A stretch of DNA of 64,000 nucleotides from Octopus sinensis (lineage: Eukaryota): assembly GCF_006345805.1 (NCBI RefSeq), contig NC_043002.1, positions 930,001 to 994,000 of the forward strand, written 5' to 3'. This document shows, piece after piece, positions 38,951-52,105 of the stretch. Below the pieces are notes generated by a model. It worked only from the letters and a program-made list of their open reading frames with translations. It had not been told where the DNA came from and did not search any database. The number at the start of each line of letters is the position of its first letter. The stretch's first letter is position 1. A program made the position numbers and the translations under genes.

Positions 38951-40505
38951 AATCTGTGGCGGAACTCATTGGATGCTGGATATATACCAGAAGACCTTCT
39001 ATCCCAGTCTGTTGTCCCAGTTTTCAAAAAAGGAAACAAATCGCTTGCCGTGAATTACCGTCCAATCTCACTCACCTCTCATATCATCAAGGTATTTGAG
39101 AGGGTGCTGAGATCGCGTATGACTCACTTCCTTGAGAGTCATAATATGCTGAACCCCAACCGCATGGATTCCGTAATGGGAGAGATTGCCTGACGCAGCT
39201 ACTGCATCATTTTGATGACATTTTGAGAGCCTTGGGAGAGGGTTCCAACACTGATGTCATCTACCTTGATTTCAGCAAGGCCTTTGACAGGGTTGATCAT
39301 AAGATCCTTCTGAGAAAGCTGTCCAATATTGGTGTCACTGGAAGCTGCTGCAATGGATCAAGTGCTTCCTCTCTAACAGAACCCAACATGTTGTAGTCGA
39401 AGGAGTCAAATCCAGCCCAGCCAAAGTCAGCAGTGGTGTCCCACAAGGCACTGTGTTGGGCCCACTTCTCTTCATCATCTACATAAATGATATTACTGAC
39501 ACCATCAAACACAGCAACATCAGAACCTTCGCTGATGATTCAAGCTCCAGAAGGTCATCAATGGCGTGGATGACCGAATAAACCTTCAGTCAGACCTACT
39601 GGCTGTTGTCCAATGGGCGGAAAAGAATAACATGTTGCTAAATGAAGACAAATTCGAACTGATCACTTTGGAAGAGGAGGACGCTCTGAAACTCCCATAC
39701 TCTCTTCCTTCTGGAGAAATTATCATGGCATCCAACAACATCAGAGACCTGGGAGTAACAGTGGACAACAACATAAGCTGGGCTACACATATAAGCAGCA
39801 AAGTTGACATGGCCCGCAGAATGTGTTCCTGGATTCTCAGAACCTTCCAGTCGAGAGATTCCCACGCTATTATCCTTCTCTTCTCCACTTTTGCCCGACC
39901 CCACCTTGAATACTGCTGTCCACTGTGGTCTCCCTACACAAAACAAAATATTATGAGAATTGAAGCTCCCCAAAGGTCAATCACAAAAAAGATAGATGGC
40001 ATGTCAGACCTTGACTACTGGGGTAGACTAGAGAAGCTGAAATTGTATTCACTCCAACGACGCCGTGAACGCTACATTATCTGTATGATGTGGAAAAATT
40101 CCATCAGCACTGTCCGAATGATGTTGGCATCACCTTCAAAATGCATCCAAGGCTTGGACCACGTGCCATCCGTCCACAACAAAAATCTAAATCGCATCAC
40201 ATAACGACAATACGGCACAACTATTTCACCTCATTGGACCCGCTCTCTTCAACATTACACCAGGACACGTCAAAAAAGAAACTGACCACACAAAATTCAA
40301 GAAGTCTTTGGACAAATTCCTTCAAACAGTACCGGACAAACCACCCACACCCGGATATGTCTCTGCAAACAATAACTCTCTGCTCGAATGGGCCTTGGTG
40401 CCCAAATCCTGAACTGAAAGACTTCGCCAGGTGGTGCTATTAAGTTAGACATGGCCTGGGCCAATACTGGCCAAAATCCTTTCTAAGTTATTCTAAGTTA
40501 TTCTA
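38951..40505 (+). mobile_element. 5'-truncated CR1-like LINE (RT domain, few frameshifts)
   Basis: [70 protein letters not shown]; tail of 10-nt repeats (ttctaagtta); embedded in a (TA)n tract. Confidence 0.95.
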
Positions 40506-40523
40506 TATATGTATATGTATATA

Positions 40524-40558
<35 letters not shown>

Positions 40559-40961
40559 ATATGTATATGTATGTATATATATGTATATGTATATATATGT
40601 ATATGTATGTATATATATGTATATGTATATATATGTATATGTATATATATATATATGTATATGTATATATATATGTATATGTATATGTATATATATATAT
40701 ATGTATATATATATATGTATATGTATATATGTATATATATATATATGTATATATAGATAGTATATGTATATGTATATATATATATATGTATATATATATT
40801 GTATATGTATATGTATATATATATAATATGTATATGTATATGTATATATATACATATGATATGTATATATATATATGTATATATATATATATGTATATTA
40901 TATGTATATATAATATGTATATATATATATATGTATATATATATGTATATATATATATATA

Positions 40962-43115
40962 AACACTGGAATATGCAGAGACCAACTTCTGCCACGTTCC
41001 AGGGAGACAAACAACTAGAAGTGTTGATAGCTTCCGCTACCTAGGAGACCAAGTCAGTAGCGGGGGTGGGTGTGTGAAAGTGTAACTGCTAGAGTAAGAA
41101 TAGCCTGGGCAAAGTTTAGGAGCTCTTACCCCTGCTGGTGACAAAAGGCCTCGCTCAGAGTAAAAGGCAGACTGTATGATGCATGTGTACGTACAGCCAT
41201 GCTACATGGTAGTGAAACATGGGCCGTGACTGCTGAGGATATGCGTAAGCTCGCAAGAAATGAAGCCAGTATGCTCCGATGGATGTGTAATGTCAGTGTT
41301 CATAATCGTCAGAGTGTAAGTTCCTTGAGAGAAAAGCGAACCTAAGAAGCGTCAGTTGTGGCGTGCAAGAGAGACGGCTGCGCTGGTATGGTCATGTGAC
41401 AAGAAAGGCTGAAGATAGTTGTGTGCAAAAGTGCTACACCCTAGCAGTGGAGGGAACCTGTGGAAGAGGTAGACCCAGGAAAACCTGGACGAGGTGGTGA
41501 AGCACGACCTTCGAACTTTAGGTCTCACTAAGGAAATGTCTAGAGACCGAGACCTATGGAAGTATGCTGTGCATGAGAAGACCCGGCAAGACTAGTCAGG
41601 CCATAACCCGTGGCCCCGACCTGGGACGTAGTCAGTCTGTGCATACTTCTTCTTCTTGTGACACTTATGAAGACCTGTGAGGCAAGTGAAAATCAAATCA
41701 AATCAAAACAAATCAAAATAGATGAAATCAGTGGAATTGTATTCTTTGTGGTACCAGTGCGGGGCACACAAGAAAACCACCCAACGTGGCCGTAACACCA
41801 GTACCGCATCGACTGGCCTCCGTGCTGTGGGCACAACAAACACCATCCGATCGTGGCCGTTCGCCAGCCTCATCTGGCACCTGTGCCGGTGGCACAAAGA
41901 CACCATCCGAAGACCCGGCGACGTAGTCAGTCCACCTGTGCATACCTTCCCTCTTATGACACTTGTGAAGACCTGTTGAGGCAAGTGAAAATCAAACCAA
42001 ATCAAATAGAGATGAATATCAATGGAATTTGTATCTTTGTGGTTCCAGTACCGGTGGCACACAAGAAAACCATCCGAAGTGGCCGTAGCTGGTACCGCAT
42101 CGACTGGCCTCCGTGCTGTGGGCACAACAAACACCATCTGATCGTGGCCGTTCGCCAGCCTCACCTGGCACCTGTGTCAGTGGCACATAAAAACACCATC
42201 CAAAGACCCGGCGACGTAGTCAGTCCACCTGTGCATACCTTCCCTCTTATGACACTTGTGAAGACCTGTTGAGGCAGAGGCAAGTGTGTGACACTTTGTG
42301 AAGACCTGTTGAGGCAGAGGCAAGTGTGTGACACTTGTGGAGACCTGTTGAGGCAAGTGTGTGACACGCGTGACACTTGTGAAGACCTGTTGAGGCAAGT
42401 GAAAATCAAACCAAATCAAAATAGATGAACATCAATGGAATTTGTATCTTTGGGCTTCTTGTGACACTTGTGAAGACCTGTTGAGGCAAGTGACACTTGT
42501 GAAGACCTGTTGAGGCAAGTGAAAATCAAATCAAATCAAAACAAATCAAATAGATGAACATAAATGGAATTTGTATCTTTGTGGTACCAGTGCCGGTGGC
42601 ACACAAGAAAATCATCCGAACGTGGCCGTAGCCAGTACCGCATAGACTGGCCTCCGTGCTTTGGGGACGTAACAAAACCATCCGATCGTGGCCGTCCGCC
42701 AGCCTCATCTGGCACCTGTGTCGGTGGCACATAAAAACACCATCCGAGCGTGGGCGTCTGCCAGCCTCGTCTGGCACCTGCCAGCCTCATCTGGCACCTG
42801 TGTCGGTGGCACATAAAAAACCATCCGAGCGTGGCCGTCTGCCAGCCTCGTCTGGCACCTGTGTCGGTGGCACATAAAAAACCATCCGAGCGTGGCCGTT
42901 CGCCAGCCTCGTCTGGCACCTGTGTCGGTGGCACATAAAATCACCACTACACTCTCGGAGTGTGGTTGGCGTTAGGAAGGGCATCCAGCTGTAGAAACAC
43001 TGCCAGATCTGACTGGCCTGGTGCAGCCTTCGGGCTCCCCAGACCCCAGTTGAACCGTCCAACCCATGCTAGCATGGAAAACGGACGCTAAATGATGATG
43101 ATGATGATGATGATG
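40962..43115 (+). mobile_element. 5'-truncated RTE-clade LINE with expanded, internally duplicated 3' UTR
   Basis: [49 protein letters not shown]; ~1.5 kb of duplicated UTR segments; (GAT)n tail. Confidence 0.93.
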
Positions 43116-43525
43116 ATATGTATATATATATGTATATGTATATATATATGTATATGTATATATATATGTATATGTATATATATATGTATATGTATATATA
43201 TATGTATATGTATATATATATGTATATGTGTATATATATATGTATATGTATATATATATGTATATGTATATATATGTATGTATATGTATATATATATGTA
43301 TATGTATATATATGTATGTATATGTATATATATATGTATATGTATATATATGTATGTATATGTATATATATATATGTATATGTATATATATGTATGTATA
43401 TGTATATATATATATGTATATGTATATATATGTATGTATATGTATATATGTATGTATATGTATATATATGTATGTATATGTATATATATGTATGTATATG
43501 TATATATATATATGTATGTATATAT

Positions 43526-43556
<31 letters not shown>

Positions 43557-43567
43557 GTATATATATG

Positions 43568-43599
<32 letters not shown>

Positions 43600-43862
43600 T
43601 GTATATGTATATATATATATGTATATATATATGTATATATATATGTATATATATGTATATATATATATGTATATATTATGTATATATATGTATGTATATG
43701 TATATATATATATGTATATGTATATATGTATGTATATGTATATATATGTATATGTATTGTATATTATGTATGTATATGTATATATGTATGTATGTGTATA
43801 TATATATATGTATGTATATATATATATGTATGTATATATATATATGTGTATGTATATATATG

Positions 43863-43894
<32 letters not shown>

Positions 43895-44100
43895 TGTATA
43901 TGTATATATATATATGTATATATATATGTATATATATATATGTATATATATATGTATATATATATATGTATATATATATGTATATGTATGTATGTATATA
44001 TATGTATGTATGTATATATATGTATGTATGTATTTATATGTATATATGTATTTATATGTATATATACGTATGTATATATATATATGTATATATACGTATG

Positions 44101-44131
<31 letters not shown>

Positions 44132-44255
44132 ATATGTATATATATATACGTGTGTGTGTGTGTATGTATATATATGTGTGTGTATATGTATGTATATATA
44201 TGTGTGTGTGTGTGTGTGTATATATGTATGTATTCATATGTATATATATGTGTGT
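43115..44255. repeat. (TA)n/(TATATG)n microsatellite tract; similar tracts at 38095-38950 and 40503-40960
   Basis: Direct inspection. Confidence 0.98.
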
Positions 44256-45101
44256 GTCCTTGGCATCATATGATGGTTGTAAATAAGCATCCCCATCATA
44301 TAAGCGTTGTTGATTGGCAGTCTTCTGGTCATGGGAGAAATGTTAACTTGATTCTACACTGCTACACATACACACACCCGTGTGTGTGTGTGTGTGTGTG
44401 TGGTGTGTGTGTGTGTGTTTGTGCGTGTGCGTACATACAATTGCATACCTCAGTTTGTGTATATTTACTCTTACCAGAACACAAACTCCTGAAGATTCTA
44501 CTTGTTTTGCAATAACCTACTATAATATGTAATAATGTAAAGATGTTCCACCTGTGACTCTCCAGCCAGTATATATTGTTTAATATACACACAAGTTATA
44601 TAAAAATGTTGCCTTTCATTTTATTTAATGATTTTAACATTATATGAAATGATGTACATTGCATAATCAAGTTTCTTTTAATTAAAAAAAAAATTGCCAG
44701 ATTCTTTAAAAAATATGAAATAGAAAAGATTGAAATGATTTAAAATTTGTTTTTTAAAGAATTTGTTCTGTGGCAAGACATTGTAGAACTGAGTCTGTGA
44801 CTAGGAAGTTGGAATTGATTTTTCTGGAAGAAATATCAAATGATTATGTGTTGGCTTTATTTAACAGACTCACTTTAATGCCAATATTGGTAAAGTTCAA
44901 AGGTCACTTTTAACAAAATTTAAACAAATAGTTATTTAGTTATTTATTTGATAGCTTTCAGAATAGAAACTAAGAAAAGGTGATTCATGTCTGTGCCATA
45001 AGGTAAATAAAATGAAAATGATTAAATATACATTGCCAGGTGTAACGATGTTCTTTTATTTTGTTGAATTGTGAAATATTTTGAAATTCCTGTATTTTCA
45101 G

Positions 45102-45236
45102 ACCTGTCACATCTTCAGTATTTGCTGGTGTTGATAAAGTAGTTTCTGGAAGTGATGACCGAACTGTGAAAGTTTGGGATTTGAAGAATATGAGTTCCCC
45201 AATTGTCACTATTCGAACTGACTCTGCTGTGAACCG
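45102..45236 (+). CDS. WDR37: WDR37 internal coding exon (WD40 repeat)
   Basis: ttttcag acceptor, GTAA donor; encodes [45 protein letters not shown]; follows exon 19383-19521 across a 25,580-nt intron in phase 2. Confidence 0.95.
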
Positions 45237-45488
45237 GTAAATTTTATTCTTTGAAAAATAACGATCATTTTTTATTATTGTGTTTATAATAATTATCATT
45301 ATGTACATAGACACATCAACACATGTGTTTTGTTTTGGCCAAAGACTAGTGACCTTCACTCTTGTAGGCCTTCCTAATTTAGTGTGGTCAGTGTAATTCA
45401 TGGTCAACTTGAACTTCTGGTTCTTGTTTGTTGGGAAAATGTGGATCAAACGAGGTATCAGGAATGTCATTGATGGTGAAGGAAGATA

Positions 45489-46470
45489 TAATAATAATAA
45501 TAATAATAATAATTGTGTACAGTGCTCAGGTGCACTACAACTCATCTAAAGTGTATATATAATCAGGTGTAGTTTCGGCGGATTTCGGAAAGCATGAGGG
45601 CCTTAAAAGATGCAGTGTCATGGCAGTCAACAACTGACGCAGGCAGTTTATTCCATGCTTCAGCAACTCTGAGCGTGAAAAAATGTTTCCGAAAGTCATG
45701 GGAGCTGTATTGTTTTCTGACTTTGTAGGCATGTCCACGTGTGTTAGACACATGGAGATCAAAAAGGTGTTCAGTGTTGTTGTTGGTGAGGTGGTTGATA
45801 ACTTTGTGGGTGTTTACCAAGTCCGTCGCCAAACGCCGGAGCTTCAGTGAATCCATGCCCAGGGAAACAAGACGCTCAGAATATGGTAGGTGTCTGATGG
45901 AGGGTATGCGTTTGGTTGCATGTCTCTGGACAGATTCCAGGAGGTCAATGTTCTGTGCAAGATAGGGGTTCCAAACTGATGATGCGAATTCCAAGTGTGG
46001 TCGTACCATAGCTGTATACAGTTTTAAATAGATGGCTGGAGAGCGGCTAACAAAAGACCTGCTGAGTGATGCCAAGACACCCTTGGCCTTCCTGACAATC
46101 TTAGAGATATGCTTTGACCAACGCAAATCACTGCTGACAGTGATGCCTAGGTCACGCTCGCAAGAGGATTTCTTGATATCAGTGTTGTGGAGGGAGTAAG
46201 TGAACGCAGGGTTTTTTCTCCCAAAATGCATGGTGGTACACTTGTCCACAGCCAGTTTCAGTTGCCAGTCTGTGATCCATTGCTGCATTGTGTCTAGGTC
46301 TGATTGCAGGAAAGAGTTGTAGACATCAGGATCTGTCCTCTTGATTTCAAGGTACAGCTTGATGTCGTCTGCATATTTCAATACTGTGGCATTCTTTAAA
46401 TTGGCATCTATGTCGTTAATGTATGCCACAAACAAGAGGGGACGAAGGACAGATCCCGTGGTACACCCGA
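45489..46470 (-). mobile_element. 5'-truncated CR1-like LINE with (ATT)n tail
   Basis: ORF 45563-46483: GSVLRPLLFVAYIND, LKYADD, RPHLEFASSVWNP, RVAEAWNKLP. Confidence 0.95.
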
Positions 46471-46499
46471 TGACATAGTTCAAGTTTGTGAAAGAAGGG

Positions 46500-47950
46500 T
46501 TTCTTTGAGTAGGCTTTGACTGTTATTTCAGAGCAACAGAACTCTTGTAATAGCAGCAGAAAAGACAAGGTATATCTTTGAACGGAGTCTGAAATGCTGA
46601 TATCTCAACATCCTCTTATCTTGTATCTTGTTGTGGGTTGCACTTGTTTAACTGTTCAGACCCAATTACTTCTTGGCTGTAAGAAGGAAGATTGTATTTC
46701 TGATTGTAATTCTGTAGATGTGTGATTGACGAGTGATCGATGGGCAGCCTGACTAAAGAAGATGGGAGAAGATCAGTGAGGTTGGGGAAAGGCTGTTGAG
46801 TAAAGTAGGTATAAGCTCAACCAACTGTAAATTGTATAAATAGCAGAAACCGGTGTGGTAGCAGTTGGAAAGGCAGAATGAAGTGGCAACATATCTGTGA
46901 GTTACAAGTTGAGGGTGCGTTGGTAACTTCATGCCAAACTGTTTACTAGTCTTTTTTTAGATGGAGTTTGGAATGCCTGTATGGGTAGGAGTTGCCTTAG
47001 TTGTGAGAGAAGTACTCCTTTGTGGTCTCACTTTAATTTTGTATTAATCAGCAATTATTGTTGAGAGCTGAAATATTTTCTGGTGTTGAAGAGGAAGGTC
47101 AATATTTGTGATATAGTTTGAGCTAATATTAAAGATGTCAGGTCATAGGAGAGATCATCAATTATGTTAGGGCCAAGCATCTGTAGCAACTTTGAGGTTT
47201 TTAATTGTCTACTATTCATCTGTAGAGGTGGGGTTGTGCTACAATATTTCCCTGGTATGTATAAGGGATTGAGCCTTTGTGTTGTTGAAGGAACAAGATT
47301 GGCATAATCCATTGAAAAACCTTTCTGAATTATAGGACATATTGTAGTGTGCTCCTAAAGATCTGGGTAGATTGCTGGGGGTGAGAGTGGCAGGTATAGG
47401 GCTAATTCTGGAGTATAAGGTCAAGGTTAGTGTCCTTGTTGGATTTAAATGACTGAAGTCCTGCTGACAGAGCCATCAGGGTAGAATTGAAGGAAGTTTC
47501 TGATACTTTTGACAAAAAACCTAAAGGATCATCAGCTATTTGAAAGGTTGGGGAATTTTTAGATTATGGAGGAGCCATCGACATTCTCATTTTGGATGAT
47601 GGTCTTACAGGAGTTTGGGTGCTGGGTAAAAGGTATCTTAACTGTATGAATGAGTGTTGAAGTGGTGAGCTGTGATAAGTCAGCTGAGTTGAGGTACCAA
47701 AGAATCCAGGATATGGATGGAAAGGAGTTTCATAGGTTGTGGATGTACAACTGGTTGTTGAGATAAGGCTATGGTCAGATGACCTGACAGGTGGTGGTAG
47801 AGGTTGTGTTTGGGGTGAGATGAAGGGTGCTTGAAGTGTCTGTATAACAGAGATGTGTGTAGGACATGAAACTAATTGATGTAGCAAGACAAGGACTGTA
47901 GCAGATGAAAGGGGAAGGTGCACTTGTTGCTGTGCATCTTTGGTTTCTAT
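46500..47950 (-). mobile_element. Degenerate L2/Crack-like LINE (EN and RT remnants)
   Basis: SSDHSLIS (EN), IADD (RT), DDLSYDL..ISQILTFLFNTRKYFSSQQ. Confidence 0.65.
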
Positions 47951-48046
47951 ATTTGGGTTGAATGATGTTGTTGTTGTTGTTGGAAATAGCTTGGAACTTG
48001 TTTTCGGTGATTTTTGAATTGTTCTTTCTTTGTTTTGGGTGTCTAG

Positions 48047-48161
48047 GCTAGCTGTGTCTCAGAGCCAAAATCTAATTGCTATTCCTCATGACAACCGCAA
48101 CGTACGATTGTATGATATACAAGGTGCAAGGGTAGGACGCCTACCAAAAAGTAATCGACAG
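48047..48161 (+). CDS. WDR37: WDR37 internal coding exon (probably penultimate)
   Basis: gtctag acceptor, GTAAG donor; encodes LAVSQSQNLIAIPHDNRNVRLYDIQGARVGRLPKSNRQ, matching WDR37 IIALPHDNRQVRLFD..G.RL.RLP.S.RQ; the final exon (GHRRMVC...) was not found downstream in the window. Confidence 0.93.
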
Positions 48162-50182
48162 GTAAGTAGTTTGAAATTCACTTTCACTTGATATTCAAAC
48201 ATTAACGCTTTTTTTTTGTGTTAATTTTTCACCAATAACACATTTAAAATTTAAATTCCCGGTCATATGAAATACATAGAAGTTATTTGGTATTAAAAAG
48301 TACCTCTTTTATAATATTAGGCTGGATTAAGTGGTTTTACAAATTTTATTGCTGCATGTGAATTGGAGGAAGCATTTTCCATTTCCAGGATATGGAGTTG
48401 GATGTGGAATCTCTTCTTTTTTTTTTCTTTTTAGCAGGATTACGGAAAATTCTTTCGGAGATTGAACACAGTGAGAGCTTGATTTTCAATTACTGAACTT
48501 ATTATATTCAGTGTTTCAGCATCTCACACACATATGCTGTAGGTATGCACACATGTTATAGGTAAATACATACACATATAGTATGTTATATACACACACA
48601 CATTATATATATATTATATGCACACACTGTGCACATATGTATACACATTTAAATGAGTTGATTGCTTTCAGAGCAACTTCCTAAAGAGAAGTCTTTATTT
48701 ATGACATTTACAGAGAAATAAACACTTGATGCTGGGTGGGGTGGGGGGTGGGGTGCAATGTGGGAGTTTATTAACTTTTTAAGGAAGATTAAAACTTGTT
48801 AATTACTGTTGGGAAACTTGTTATTGCCTTGACTTAGTGTAGGGATTTATCCAAAAGTACATAAAATTAATGAAAACCATAGAAACTATTTTCCTATTTT
48901 GATAAAAAATTTACTAAGTTTCTGAAGAAGGAATAATTGTAAATATTTTTTCCGAATTTGATTGGGTATCTGGGTAAGATTTTCATATTTTAGAGGTGGC
49001 CAAATCTCTATTTTAGTCATGTTACTCATATTATTCTAGTCACATCCGTCATCAGCATCAACATCATTTGGCATGTTTTCCATGTTGGCATGGGTTGGAC
49101 AGTTTATCAGGAGTTGGTCAACCAAAGAGCTGCACCAAACTGCAGTTCTCTGTTTTGCCCTGGTTTCTACAGCTGGATGCTCCTCCTAACACCAACCTCT
49201 TCATAGAATGCTCTGGATGTTTTTTCTGGTGCTTTTTACAATCTTATTAATTAACACAGGTTAATCATATTATCTTAGTTTATATTTATCTTAGTTTATA
49301 TTTATCTTGCTATCAAAAAAATAATTGAAAAAGGAAAGAATATTCTTTTTTATTTTTTTGCTCATTTATTTTTATTCTTATACTTTTTTTTAAACTAAAT
49401 ATTTCATTTCTTTTCCATTTATTTTATAAATTCTATATTTCTTCATTAAAGTTGCATTGCTTTCTGTCCAAGTTATGGAATCATTTCCTAGAAATATCTT
49501 CTATGAAGTTCCTAACTAAATGCATCACATTATGGGGATGTAGTTAATGGAAAAGTTTGTATTAGAAAGCTACAGTGTATCCAAACTACAACCAAATGAA
49601 GGTCATTAACTCACCAGGAAGTTGCAATCTCTCTCTTTCTTACAGACATCTTGTTTTGTCTCTCCTGTAGTCGTCACTACAACAGTTCCTTTCACATCAA
49701 CTAATTCTGTCTGCACTTTGTTCAACCATATTTTTTCTTCACTTATATTATTAGTTCTTATGTATGTTTCACCATTATGGTTGCTTGAAATCCTGTATTC
49801 GATGATGTTCCAAGTGAATTGAATGCTTAACGAGAACAGATCATCAGGAGAGACTCATTTGCATTAAGTTACTAAGAACTAATCTATATCATAATCTCTC
49901 CTGCATTTGCTCTGCATTTCATAACCAGGAATGCTTTAAAGGATTACTTGAAGCAGACTGGATTAGGATAATCTACACGGAACTCTAAACATAACAGTAG
50001 CAGTCATACATCTGTGATTAGCAGTAAGAAGGGCATCCAGCCATAAAAACCCTGCCAGAACAGACAATGGGGCCTGGTGTGGCCTCGGGCCTTACCAGCT
50101 CCTTCCAGACTGTCCAACCCATGCCAGGATAGAAAAATGATGAAGATATACGATACATATATTTATATATATGTATTTTTAC

Positions 50183-50322
50183 AGGCGTGGCTGTGTAGTA
50201 AGAAGTCTGCTTGGTTTGGGTTCAGTCTCACTGCACTTTGGACTAGTGTTTTCTACTATGGCCCCAGGCCAACCAAAGCCTTTGTGAGTGGATTTGGTAG
50301 ACAGAAACTGAAAGAAGCAAGT
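50183..50322 (+). mobile_element. tRNA-derived SINE, 5' part
   Basis: Homologous to 2316-2480. Confidence 0.8.
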
Positions 50323-50375
50323 TACACACACACACATACACACACACACACATACACACACACACATACACACAC

Positions 50376-51600
50376 ATCATCATCATCATCATTGTTTAAT
50401 GTCTGCTTTCCATGATGGCATGGGTTGGACGGTTTGACTGAAAACTAGTAAGCTGGGGAGCTGCACCAGGTTCCAATCTGATTTGGCAAGGTTTCTATGG
50501 TTGGATGCCCTCCTTAAGACCAACCACTCCAAGAATGTGTAGTGGTTGCTTTTTACGTGCCACCGGCACAGGGAGCCAGTTACGCTCAAGCAATGCTTTT
50601 TGTGTGCCACCGGCACAGGTAACAGTTACGCTCAAGCAATGCTTTTTGTGTGCCACCGGCACAGGGAGCCAGTTACGCTCAAGCAATGCTTTTTGTGTGC
50701 CACCGGCACAGGGAGCCAGTTACGCTCAAGCAATGCTTTTTGTGTGCCACCGGCATGGGTGTCAGTCAGATGGCACTGGCATTGGTCATGGCTTGACGGG
50801 TCTTCTCAAGCACAACATGTAACCCGTCGTTTGAAGGGTGCTTTTTATGTGCCAGTTAAGTGACACTGGCATTGGTCACAGCTACAATCTCACTTGGCTT
50901 GATGGCTCTTCTCAAGCATGGCATATCACCAAAGATCTCAGTCACTTGTCATTGCCTCAGTGAGGCCCGACATTTGAAGATCATGCTTCACCACCTTGTC
51001 TTGTCTTCCTGGGTCCACCTCTTTTACAGGTTCCTCCCACCATTAGAATGCAGCACTTCTTCACACAGCTGTCCTTATCCATATGCATCCCAGCTTTCCT
51101 ACTAGGAACGCTTACACTCTGTTGGTTAAACACCAACATTACACATCATGTGAAGCATACTAGCTTCATCTCTTACGAGCTTACACATATCCTTGGTGGT
51201 CACAGCCTGTGTTTCACTGCCATGTAGCATGGCTGTTCACATACAGGCATCATACAATCTGTCTTTCACTCTGAGAGAGAGAGGCCCTTTGTTACCCAGC
51301 AGATGTAAGAGCTCTCTGATCTTTGCCCAACCTATTCTTATTCTAGCAGCTATACTCTCAGAGCATCCACCTCCACTACTCACTTGGTCACCTAGGTAAC
51401 AGATGCTATCAACTACTTCAAGATTTCCCTGCTGATATTTGATGGAGTCTATTTCCTGTACATTTTTAGTGTTAATTGTACCTGTGCATCTTCCACACTC
51501 AAAATCTATTTTCCCCATTAACCTTCCTCTGATATATTGCTGCTCCTCTTGTGCATCTTTAACTTACACCAGGTACATGTTATGGGGTTTCTACCTACAT
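50376..51600 (-). mobile_element. 5'-truncated RTE-clade LINE with 47-nt tandem array in 3' UTR
   Basis: [47 protein letters not shown]; (CAT)n tail at 50376 on the + strand. Confidence 0.9.
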
Positions 51601-51601
51601 C

Positions 51602-51633
<32 letters not shown>

Positions 51634-51835
51634 CAACCATGTGTGTATTGTTGGCGATTTTCTTCCTCTGTCTTCCCTTCCTTTGGACTTGCCTCTATTT
51701 CTGAAGAAGAGCTTTTGCCCAAAACATAAAATCCTCTTTCTTTCCTTTGCTGAGCATCTGATAATACAGTACTTGTACCACGTCCTTGCATTATTGCTTT
51801 TTCTTGTTTGTTCTTCTTTGTTTGGATTCACTATA
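51634..51835 (+). mobile_element. Penelope-like terminal-repeat remnant with decayed hammerhead (51697-51730)
   Basis: Homologous to 59510-59717; CTGAAGA a GAGC tttt GCCC AAAACAT. Confidence 0.55.
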
Positions 51836-51856
51836 TAATATATATATATATATATA

Positions 51857-52105
51857 TAAATAGATGAGTGTATTTTTCCCTTAACAATTAACACAGAAAA
51901 AATAGATAAGTAGTTACCAGGGTAGCAAAAAATCACACAAGTAAAGAGGTTGTAACTCCTTGTTTTTAAAGGTAGAAACTTCAGGTTTCCCTGAAGAGAA
52001 GATTACATTGTTTTACACCATTTATTCCTTTGGAATAATAGCAGTGATATCTTCGAAACATGTGCTGGAAGTAAAAGTATTTGAATAACACCTGTGTTTA
52101 ACTCC

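Noticed and set aside
42250-42520. Hammerhead-like words in the RTE UTR motif acttgtGAAgacCTGTTGAggcaagtGAAA
   Set aside because: No room for helices I and III between GAA and CUGUUGA, and no proper helix II before the downstream GAAA.
1855-44515. Long ORFs rich in Y/I/H/T or M/Y/V/C (e.g. 2361-3485, 20738-21460, 33289-34095, 38098-39039, 43092-44515)
   Set aside because: They are translations of TA/TG/TATG microsatellites that lack stop codons; no coding signal.
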